Positions 8,601-18,600 of a stretch of 40,017 nucleotides of DNA are shown one piece after another. A program made the translations under genes and the position numbers. The stretch comes from a virus (Duplodnaviria; Caudoviricetes). Below the pieces are notes generated by a model. That model was not told the origin of the DNA and ran no database searches. It saw only the letters and a list, made by a program, of their open reading frames with translations. Position 1 is the stretch's first letter. Each line of letters starts with the position of its first letter. The stretch is taken from the IMG/VR virus record IMGVR_UViG_3300032236_000402, positions 1 to 40,017 of that record; one strand, 5' to 3'.

Positions 8601-9006
8601 CCCTGATGATGTCTCTGGTGCTACGTTTACTCAAAAACTTGGCAAGTTCATCGCAATCACTAGACCAGATGGTGTCCACAATGACACCACGCCAAGAAGT
8701 TTAGAAGACTACGATGTAGAGGAATCTAGCACCCACTTTGCACCTTCGGCTATGGAAGTCTCGGCTCTTGCATACACAATGTTCCACGAATGGGGACACG
8801 CTTTCGAGCGCCAGCTTCTAAGCGAAAAAGAAGAGGATGACGTCCACCAAATTGGAGAGTTTGAGCACGTCTCGGACTACGGCACAGAGTCTGGTGCAGA
8901 ATTTTTTGCAGAGGTATTTGCAGACTGCCTTATTTCAAAGATGACAGGCAGCTACATGAATTTCAAGCACGTCTACGATGAGTTCATCAAACCGCACATG
9001 CACTAA
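5650..9006 (+). CDS. Putative virion effector: two VIP2/Alt-like ADP-ribosyltransferase domains plus C-terminal zincin metallopeptidase
   Basis: ART1 (~6865-7380) VYRG..FASTS..EHE; ART2 (~7636-8080) VYRT..YVSTS..ENE; HEWGH at 8785-8799 followed by VSDYG..EFFAE. Confidence 0.85.
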   Translation: MDKPTHSSFVLAKSHTSNRPRALVAAGIIDAAKRRAIVATEWRDRYGRWVDMGRSVRFKFRLKDGTLVDSHGRFLGADRKRPGYARIYVKGDKYLPDGVYSVSSKNGAEELANLDPKYLAARGIRPGYHQNGSPITSRSYEDVPNIGDMTYTKPTKQDLQDIQDSVPLLDRPLQEGAKKAADLEKGDVIEHGKTARRGTITHVSNGAKGRKNLTIAWKDGSKDKTTIDPKQDVKVLKELPLDEPKPVEKPVSEGPKFVQIPVPKPIPPVTTPILPKTQPDVIGKSKTFDANLQPVNPGDKVKIRVRPEDGDPKDDVDVEATYLGLTTSDWSALPPDKDGLPVYSAYRIRGSKVVPDGDYLVRREAVNTTKPSEWGKSNYVDKDVLMLQAYDDISKFPVPQGSEAASLLHYTSAAGYKDINNLLRAHPDKTLDEIMQLPQLDKNEQNYTKMIRDLDNLIDRSEVKQDTTVYRGIALEDQAELDKMQKLLVPGATWDEQSFASTSEDQNVARIFAGTRGIVFKIVVPKGAKALPVLPQQTILSTDEHEMILPRNGRLIIKSVNHKATLFTDHLEVEAEYEPPREEPKVKELTIAKSSLPYSTATATDTQGVRDMTTTAESDKLAEAGHEPTAQDIENVTKAADQNLLMSLGNRSLSNLSKLGQWAYKYTSESKVLNQKLRKHDKATEQSREVDALDTLIRETKPLPQGSVVYRTVKSGVWRNWKLKPGDVVSDDAYVSTSIGTKLADSCKSVNKSKGKTVHETMRIIMPQDTSGIFLGKISDFEDENEYLLPRGTKLRYLGLDSDGYRVMERVSAQPSSESADTEKTREVYFNKANNKPQTPGVATIRLTPGEPVGDSYEPPVSGWDHVEYGYEKQNSKEAKQDIKDFLTRAKASGDELQFYVQNQNEMIEIEAKDMYSPGGIYGQNGKTLQRGNTYIHYDSSIDSKETLDELIKTVDYLHKNAQLPVGTHIMITPQGAKVMGTKFPDDVSGATFTQKLGKFIAITRPDGVHNDTTPRSLEDYDVEESSTHFAPSAMEVSALAYTMFHEWGHAFERQLLSEKEEDDVHQIGEFEHVSDYGTESGAEFFAEVFADCLISKMTGSYMNFKHVYDEFIKPHMH

Positions 9007-9035
9007 TTGCTTTTATAAGCAGTTTGTAGTAGAAT
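9007..9035 (+). promoter_or_regulatory. SigA-type promoter for the 9051 gene
   Basis: TTGCTT-N17-TAGAAT, followed by AGGAG and ATG at 9051. Confidence 0.6.
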
Positions 9036-9050
9036 AGTTTTAGGAGAAAA

Positions 9051-9344
9051 ATGGCTAAGCAGAAAAATAAAATGCGTATTGACCGCTACGAATGGTCAGA
9101 CACTAACGATGTCAAGATTGTAAGAGCATCTGACATTGAAGAACCAAGTGCGCCCGTTGTGGCCTCTGCCGCTCCAGAACTAAACGATGACCCAATCACG
9201 TTGACGGTTGATACTGAAAAAGGTCCCGTGACTCTTCAGGTAGATATTGAAAGCCTGTCTTTCATGGAACTATTTGGATATTTGCCAACAGGCAATCGAC
9301 GAGTGTATGAACGCTACAACGAACTAGCCGAACAACAAGACTAA
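9051..9344 (+). CDS. Small acidic hypothetical protein (candidate ART inhibitor)
   Basis: 97-aa ORF with AGGAG RBS and own promoter, directly after the ART gene. Confidence 0.7.
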   Translation: MAKQKNKMRIDRYEWSDTNDVKIVRASDIEEPSAPVVASAAPELNDDPITLTVDTEKGPVTLQVDIESLSFMELFGYLPTGNRRVYERYNELAEQQD

Positions 9345-9367
9345 CTATCTCTGCCTATAATAGTTCT

Positions 9368-9529
9368 ATGGCTAAAGAAGAACAAGAATCCCAACTCAGC
9401 GCTCGCATGGGTAATCTTTTGGGTGTAACTATTACTTCACCTGACGGAAACCCAACAAAGCTTGTAAACATTGTTCCGCCTAGGCAAATTACACCAAACA
9501 CGCCAGAAAACAAATCAGAGTCTAAATAA
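9368..9529 (+). CDS. 53-aa leaderless small protein, not in the ORF track
   Basis: MAKEEQESQLSARMGNLLGVTITSPDGNPTKLV...SESK*; TATAAT at 9356-9361 lies 6 nt before the ATG. Confidence 0.6.
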   Translation: MAKEEQESQLSARMGNLLGVTITSPDGNPTKLVNIVPPRQITPNTPENKSESK

Positions 9530-9603
9530 TAAGATAAACTTTCTATAAGCTTATTAGAACAAAAGACGCAGACCCTAGACCTAAAACAGGAAGGCCATTC
9601 GGC

Positions 9604-12600
9604 GTGAGCTCTATCATTAACTCGCTCATCGAATCACTGGAGAAAAAGCCAGTAATTTCGGACACAGCTGTTGACACACAGACCCTAAGACAAACCATCT
9701 CTAGCCTTGTTACTGAAGCAAATGCTAACGTTCCATCTGAGCGTCGAGTTACTCTCCGCTCTGCCCTTATTGTTGCCGAACGTTCACTCGTTGCATCTGC
9801 ATCTCTTCCAAATGAGAGCCGCCGTTTCGGTGCGCTTCGCGATGTCATTAACTTCATCTCTCTCACCATTGAGGGAAGCACAGGATTCAACGCTCCTAAG
9901 CACACTGACCTCCTAGTTACAGGTCACCCAGAATCAACAGCCCCTACTGCTCTTACTGCCGCTGCCTTCCGTCGCGAGCGTGCACGCTGGGAAGCCGCTG
10001 CCCCTGAGCTAGACGAGAACATCAAGCCTATTGTTGCTGCTGCTTTTTCGGCTCACCCATCTAGCCCAGAATATCTTTACAACTACACTCGCCTTGCATC
10101 TGCTCCAGCCGCTCAGGTTCCTGCTAGCGTAATTGCTTCTCTTGAAGAGTTTGCTCTTACTGCTGCTGGCGACCCGCTATCTGGTAAGAACTCTCACGAG
10201 GCTCGTTCGGCTCGTGCAAAGGCTCAGCGTCGTGACTCTAAGGGTCGATTCGCTAGCATGGGTGGACCTATCGAGGCTCTTATTCGTGACCTTAAGGGCT
10301 TGGTTCGCAAGCTGGTTGGTCGCGTTGTTGCCAACACCATTGGCTCTGACTCGTTCGACGTTGAAGTTCACGGCGACCCAGACATTCCAGATGGTAGCAT
10401 CGTTACGATTCCTGCCAAGGATTCGACTGCTATTGAGGCTATGCTTCCTACCTCAGCAGTCAAGAATGCTCCACGCGAAACAGTTGAAAGCCTTAGCGGT
10501 AAAGAGCCAATCGTAAACCTTGCTGACCTAATGAAGACCATCAAGGATGCCCCTTCAGGTTGGACCAAGGACCCTAACTACAAGAAGCAAAACCCGTCTG
10601 ACCCAGACGAGCGTTTTGTTTCTGGCGATGGATACATTGTTGACCGCTTCGACAAGCCAACTGCTGCAAACGAGCCAACTATTTTTGCTGGTCAAGAAGT
10701 TGCTGGTGGTAAGACTAACGTTGGTCACGATGGTAGCGAGAAGCTCGACCCAACTCAGCCTGTCTACAAGCTAAGCCGCTCGACTGACTCGTATGGCGCT
10801 GCTGGCGGTCAAGAGCTTGTTGGTGTTACCCAGAGCTGGGCAGACACTCAGGTTCTTGCTGAGAAGGACACACCAGCATTTGAAAAGGCTGCTCAGGGGG
10901 GCGTTGCTTACGCTAAGAAGCCACCTGTATCTGCTCCAGCAGAACCTTCAGCTACCCCAGAAGTACCATCTGCTGAAGATGTAGCTAAGAGCTTCGGTGT
11001 AAACGTCAAGAAGATTGACGCATTCGTTAAGGACTTCTTCGAGAAGAACCCTGAGCAAAAAGCAACTAAGAAGTTTGCTGGAAACAAGAACAACCCAATC
11101 GAGGGTCTGCTTGACGAACTAGCTCAGGGCGAAGACCCTCAGCAAATCTCGGCTGACATTTATGCTCTTGCATACGACCTACCAGCATCTGACGACAAGA
11201 CCAAGCTGCTCAAGCAGGTTCTTACCAAACTTTCGCAAGATGTTTCTGACTACAACCCTAAGAAGGTAAAGCCAGCAAAGGAAGCCAAGAAAGTAGAAGC
11301 AGAACTTCCTGCACCTACTGAAGAAGCTCCAAAGGCTGAAGCACCTGCCGCTCCAGAAGCAGAGGCTCCAAAGGCTGCAAAAGCCAAAGCTGCTCCAAAG
11401 ATTTCTCCACTATCTCCTGCCCAAGCTCAAAAGCTCGAGGCTGGCGACGAACTATACATTTTCAACAAGGGTATCCCTAAGCAGTACCACGTTGGCTCGG
11501 ATGGCTACATCTATCCAGGCTCAGCACCTGCGAACATCGATGCAGACGAGACCCAAAACAACATTGGCGACACTTACGCTCTAGCTGAAGCTATGAAGAA
11601 TGGCCAAGTTAGCGGCGTATTCAAGGGTGAGATTCCTCTAAACGAGGACAACAAGCCTATGTCATCTGCTGAGCACTTGAACGCTTTGCAGGAACAGAAC
11701 GCAGCAAAAAAGGCTGCTCAAGAAGCAAAGAAAGCTGAGAAGCTAGTTGGTCAGCCAGAGGCTAAGCCAGCCCCAGAAGCTGTCGAGTCAGAGGACAAGG
11801 TTCTACCAGAGCCATTCCCTGGCTGGAAGCCTGGAAACAAGCCAATTGTAGATACTTTCGATGAGCCAACTCATGGGATGTTTGATGGCATGGCTGACAG
11901 CAAAGACTACACAGATGACCCTAAGAAGCTTGCTTCTAAGTTCACAGAAGAGCAACTGTCTCAGGCTCTCCACGATGCAATCAACAATGGCACTGGCGTA
12001 GGCGAGCTTCCGTTTGAAAAGGGCGATGAGCAGGTAGAAGCAGACAATCTTTACCACGCTCTACACGAGCAGGGTGCAGATGCAGATAAGGTTCTTGCAA
12101 ATGCTTATGATGCTGGCACTGGAAGCACTACCAACCTCGACAATCTAAACAAGTATCGCGAAGGTCTTAAGAACGCTCCTGCTGAAAAGAAGCCAGAGCT
12201 AGACAAGATTGATGAGATTACTCCTCAGAACACAAGCGATAAGGAAATTTCTCGTGCGCTGATGGGAACTAAGCCAGCCAAGGTAGCTGAGCAGTTCATT
12301 GAAAATGAAATTAAAAATGGTAGCGATAATGCAGAAAACTACCAAGCTATTAAAGATGCCATCAAGAATATTGACCGCACTGGTGACACCGAAGAAGAGG
12401 GTGTTCAAGAGCTAGCCGAGAAGTTTGCTCCTTGGGCTATGAGCAAGGACCCTAAGAAGGTTCAAGCTTTCCTTGGTCTAATGGGTCTAGTGGCTATTAG
12501 TGATGGTGGAGATGGCGGCGGTCTAAAACAATTTAGAGCAGCCATCCAGAACATTATTACTCCAGGAACTGGACTTGTCCCTGGTAGCGGCAAGCAGAAT

Positions 12601-15600
12601 ACTGGAACAGCGGCAGACGACTTTATCCAATCGCTTGGATTTGGGGATGGAACATTCTCGGGATACTTCCCTGCTTTGCTACACAGCCGCCTTGCAGTTG
12701 CTCAAGGTAAGGAAGACCCGAACTCTGGCAACTCTGTAGCTGGTGAAACTTACAAGCTTATGGCCTTCTTGTCAGAGAATGTAAAGCGCAGCAGCTCTTA
12801 CCACCGTGGTATTGCTCTTGACCCAGACAGCCCACTGCTGAAAACTCTCACTACCGAGGGTGAAATTATCCCTATGGATGGAAAGCCATTTAGCTCTGAT
12901 AAGAGCATTGCAGAGGACTTTGCTAAAATCCACTTGGTAGACAAGCGTGACTCTGTAATTCTTTCTGTTGACTCTCCTATCTTTGGTGTAGACACCACTC
13001 AGTGGTCTACATTTATCCATGAAGAAGAGGTTCTTGCTACTGGAAACTATGAGGTGTTCCACGTTGCAGTAGAGCCTAAGCACTCAAACGGTGGAAAAAT
13101 CTACAGCGTAACGCTAGTTCCTAAGGATGACCTAGCCAACGCTAAGGGAACTGGTAAGGCTACTGAGGCTGCTCCGTCTCTTCAAGAGAATGATGCTGAC
13201 CTAAACTTCAAGTATGGAATGAACCCAGCCCCATACGAGCCTATGGAGGACACTAGCGGTCTACCTGCTGGCACTAGCGACAAGCCAGAGTGGATTGCTA
13301 AAAACTTTGACACAGACGCTCTTAAGGGTGGACTCGAGGACGCAATTGCAAATGCTGACTCTTCAGTTCGTCTAAAGACTGGTGGCGACAACGGTGCAGA
13401 ACTTAACGTTGACCCAGAGGCAGTTCGTGACGCTCTACAGATTCAAGGTGTAGACACAAACCAGCTCCTAGAAAACTATTCAAAGGCTCCAGCTGCTCCA
13501 GAAGCAGAAGCAGAAGGCCCTCAGTTTGATACTGACGCCGAGCACATGGCCAAGCAGGACCTACACACTCCTGATGACCTAAGCGGTTACAACCAGGTTT
13601 CTGGTGCTCTAGGTAGCAACGAAGGCGGAATCTACGAAAACGCTGACGGTGACCAGATTTACGTCAAAAAGCAGCAAGATGCTCTGCATGGAGAAAATGA
13701 AGTTTTGGCTTCAGCTCTCTACCAAGCTCTAGGAATCCAAACTGCTAATGTTCGTCAGGGAACTCTTTCTGATGGAACCAGGGTTACCTACTCTGCTCTA
13801 GTTCCAGGTGCTAAGCACGACTTGGCTAGCAAGAAGAACGACCCCACCTACCGCAAGAAGCTTCAGCAAGGTTTTGCCGCAGATGCTTGGCTTGCTAACT
13901 GGGACGTAGTTGGTACAGGATATGACAACGTAGTTACCGATGAAAATGGTGACCCTGTTCGCATTGACAATGGTGGCGCAATCCTATTCCGCGCTATGGG
14001 CGCACCTAAGGGTGACAGCTTTGGAACCGAGGTCAAGGAACTTGATTCCCTAACCAAGGGAAGCTACTCGGGTAAGGTCTTTGGAGATATGACCGAGGCT
14101 GACAAGAGCGCTTCAGCAGAGAACCTGCTAAAGATTAGCGATGACCAAATTGACAGCATTGTAAATTCAGCTATCACCAACAAGGCAACTGCCGCTGAGG
14201 TAGCTAAAGTTCTAAAGGACCGTCGCAAGAACATCCTAGACCACTACGGTATTAAAGACACTGCTAGCGCAGAGCCAGAAGAGCCAGTAGTTCAGGGTAA
14301 AGATGGAAAGTCTTACAGCAAGAAAGAGTGGGGAGATAGCCTAGTTGAGTGGCGCACCAACGACGGCCAGTATGCACCTAGCAATATCTCTGTAAGTCGT
14401 TCCCCTGATGGTAAGTGGCACATTCGTGACACCAATGTTGGCGCAGACCGAAACGGTACTGGTGAATCAATTGGAGCTTACGACAGTAAAGATGAAGCTG
14501 TTCAAAAGGCTGAAGACCTTGTTAAGAATGGTAGTGACCAGGGTAATGAACTAGAGCCTAAAGAAGAGGCTCCAGCAGCAGCTGGCGGTGTAGGTGGCAC
14601 TTACAGCAAGAGCACCCCAACCCTTCAAAAGCTTCTTGCTAAGAAGCTCAATTACAACGGTGAGATTCTGACCACCGATGAGTTCCTACAAAAGTATGGA
14701 CACGGTAAGAAGACTTACGAAGAGCCTAAGTATGATGACAATGGCAACCTTGTTGGTGTAAAGAAGGTTCGCTATGAGGTCTACACTGATGACCAGCACA
14801 ACTCAGCAGTTGAAGTGCCTAAGAGCGTTTACGATGCCTATGAGCCAACAAGCGGTGTAGTAGACGATACCCGTGGACAGATTGCCAAGAAAATTGCAGA
14901 TGACTCTCTAGCAAAAACTAAGCTAGACGATACTGTAACCAAGGCTGCTGACCCAGATGCACAGCCAATGTCTCCTCAAGAGGCTGCTCAAGAGTGGGCA
15001 GACAAGATGGGCGTAAAGCTCCCCTACACTATGGGAAGTTGGACACTAATCCAGCAGGGACAGCGTCTTTACGATAACCACACTGCTGCAACAATTGACA
15101 TTGTCAAGGGTAAGAATGGCTCCGTCAGCTATGTTGCTAGACATGGTGGCGGTATGACACCTGCTTCAACTTTCGAAAACGCGCAAGATGCTTTCGACTA
15201 CGTCGAGAAGATGAATGCAGACCCAGTCGATGAGCTGGAAGCCGATGCAGATGACATGCTTGATAGTCAAGATGGTCTGGACACTATAACCGAGTCACCT
15301 CTTGGTGGGGCCGTTAAGATTGCTTCAGAAGTTAAGATGAGCCAGGCTGGTGGATACAACCAGGCTAACTACTTTGACGAAGCAACCAATAACCACTACG
15401 GACACGTTCGTAGTGTTGGAAATGGTACTTTCGATGCCTACTTCGACCCAGGTATGGGTGATGACATCAAGAAAGCCAACTTTGGGGATGCAGAAACCGC
15501 CGCTAACTGGTTGGGATACCAAATTGCAGACCACCTAGGTCTAGAGAAAAACCCAATCACTGGGTACGCTCTCGGAGAAGGCCCTGCACTTCCAGATAAA

Positions 15601-18600
15601 ATTACCGTTCACAAGGGTAAGTTCTTGAATGAGCCTAGCGAAGCGCAACTTGCTTCCGCTAAGGGTTACATGGAGACCAAGGATATTCCTCAGGACCGCA
15701 AGGACTTCCTACAGGCAATCCTAGAAAAGCCAGACCTAGTTGCTGGTGAAATCGGAACGCTAATTGGCGAGCTTAAGAAGTACGAAAATCTACCTGAGGA
15801 CCAGGTCCCTGCAAAGGATAACCCTGCGGATGACATGGACAACCTGTCTGCTGTTATCAAGATTGACCCAGAGGTTGGTTCTGGATTCATTGGTGCAAAC
15901 ATCAATGATGGTGGAACTTCGTTCTTTGATGCAGATAACAAGCTAATTGCTTCGATTACACCAAGCGAACACTTTGCTGGCAAGTTTGTTGGTCAGTACA
16001 CTGACCCAATAAATGGAAAGCAAAGCTTTGTTTTCGACTCTGAAGAAAAAGCTGCTGACTACATCGGTGCTGGTCTAACCAAGACTGGACAGTGGAAGAA
16101 GAACCCATACGGTGAAGCACTAAGCGATAACTTTGCTAAGGGCGAGGAAGGCGCTATCCCTGAGGGAACTAACGCTGACCTAACTCCAATCACCGCCGAG
16201 GACATCCTAAACGCTAACCTCATTATGAATGAGGTCCAGCGCCTACACCCTGACCACACGGTTGAGGCTAACGGTGACCTAAAGCTTGCCGAGCGGACTA
16301 CTGACCCAGACGGTAATGGAAATACATTCAAGTACGAGACCATGTTCCGTCGCACCAAGCGTGAGCGTTTCTTTACTTACGTTCGCGAGACCAACCTGCA
16401 AACAGGCGAAGTTCGCGTTGTAAAAATTGGTAAAGAGCAGCACTCATACAAGGGTGTTCTAAAGAATGTTGTTCTTGGTAGAAACAATGTCTTGTTCCAC
16501 CGCGATGTTCGCAACTGGTTCCAGAAGAAGACTGGCATTGAAACTGTAAAGCCAGGCGAGGGACCAAGTAACCCATTCACTGACCTCAACCTTGGTGACT
16601 CTATTCCTAAGACTGGAGATGCAGTTAAGGATAGTCTCATTTCGATGATTGGAAACCTTGCCGAGGTAGGCGAGGCTCACGGTCCAATGCTCGATGCTCT
16701 ACACAGCACCGCAGTGGCTCAGGGGCTTTCTAAGGACTTTGTTGACCAGACTCTGGCTAAGATTCTTGAAAACAAGCAAAAGATGGCTACGGCTATGCAC
16801 CACCCAGATGGTGAGCCAGAGCCTGTAGCACCACACCTAAGCTACAACGGCAAGGAAATCAAGCCTGGCGATATCGTTGACTGGACTGACCCAGAAACTG
16901 GAACAGTCCACCGTGGATACGTTGTAAAGCTTCAATACAAGCACAACTCTAAGGACTACAAGTATTCTGACCAGACTACCTGTGTGTTCCCAACATACAA
17001 CGCTGAAATCGCAAAGCAAAAGCTTGCCGAGGGCAAACCTGCTCCTCACAAGAACCAGCAGCGTAACCGCGTAAGTTCTAACCTTATTGTTGTAGACAGC
17101 AAAGATGCTCCAATGAGCGAGCCATTCAGCCCTAAGTTGAAAGAGAAGCTCACTCAAGAAAGCGTTGCTAAGGCTGGAGAAACTAAGGTTGCCCCAGAAA
17201 AGATTGCTGAAACTCTAGAAAACTACAAGCCAGCAGTCAAGCCAGTCAAAGCTGTTTCGAGTGGTCTAAAGTTTGTTGAAGGCCAGTCTCACGATGTTGT
17301 AGTTGATGCCAATGGAGATAAGTTCGTCACATTTGGCGACCAGAAGGTTCCTACCTACAAAGATTCACCTGCGATGATGCAGGACCTGGAACCTACCTCG
17401 AAGAGCGGAACCGTTGGTGAATTCCAGCCTGGAGATGTTCTAAACATGAAGTCTGGTATTCAGCACATCCTTCAGGTTCACGACGACGGTAGTGCTATCC
17501 ACCTGACTACCGCTGTTCCTGACTCAAGTGGCAACGTAGAAATTAAGAACATCACCATCCAAAAAGATGGCTTTATGGACCAAGCAATGCTTGCTGGTTA
17601 CGCAACCAAATCTAAGCTCGCTTTTGGTTCTAAGCCATTCAAGGAGGCTACACCTGTAGCTGCACCAAATGGTGAAGTTGCACTAGATGGCGAAAGCGGT
17701 GTCTCACTTGAGCCAGCTGCCCAGACTGGAATTACTGCTAAAGATGCAGTAGATGGTGCTTCTGCAATTTCTACTAGCATCAAAAATGATGCAGATGCTT
17801 CAGCAGCTGTGAACACCACAGACCTAGATGATGCAATCAATAAGTCTGCTCAGGATGCTTCGACTGCTTCTACTTCTGATGCAACTACCCCTGTGCAGGT
17901 AACTGTTGCTAAGGATGTTAAGACATTTGGGACTGCTGGCGAGGTAACGGCCAAGGGTCTAGACAAGAAGAGCACTGCTACCGCTTCTCAGTTGGGTATC
18001 CCAGAAAACATTGATGGTGTTGCTTACTCAAGCCTGGAGCACGGTCTATCCGTTGAGCAAATCTGGAAATCTGGTTTTGACAACATCAAGGTAAAGACTG
18101 GCGACAACAAGTATGTAATCCCTGGAGCTATCGTCACAAGCGAAGACGGTTCAAGCACTGGTGTTATTACTGTTACCGACAAGGCTAGCGGTCAGGTGGG
18201 AGTCACCTGGCTACAAGGAGATAAGGCTGGCAAGCACGAAGCTGGACTGGCATCATCTTCTACCAAGGACACTGGTGTTTGGATGGACCCATCCACTGCC
18301 GCTGACCTAGGTGTGGCCGTAGATACAGACCAAATCAACAACGGTAAGCAGATTATTGCTCAAAAGATTCAGCAAATAAAGAAGGACCAAGCCGCTTCTA
18401 TCGCTGCAAAGGCAAAAGAAGCTCAGCTTAAGGCGCTTGCTGACAAGGCAAAAGTTTCTGGAACTGGTGCAGATACCGTTGTTGCAGAGGCCAAACCTTG
18501 GCACACCTCCGAGTTCGCTGGTGTAGATAGCCTAGATGATGCACTAGATAAGGTGAAGTCCAGCCCTGCTGTAAGTGCTAGTGGTCGCGAAGTTCTAGTT

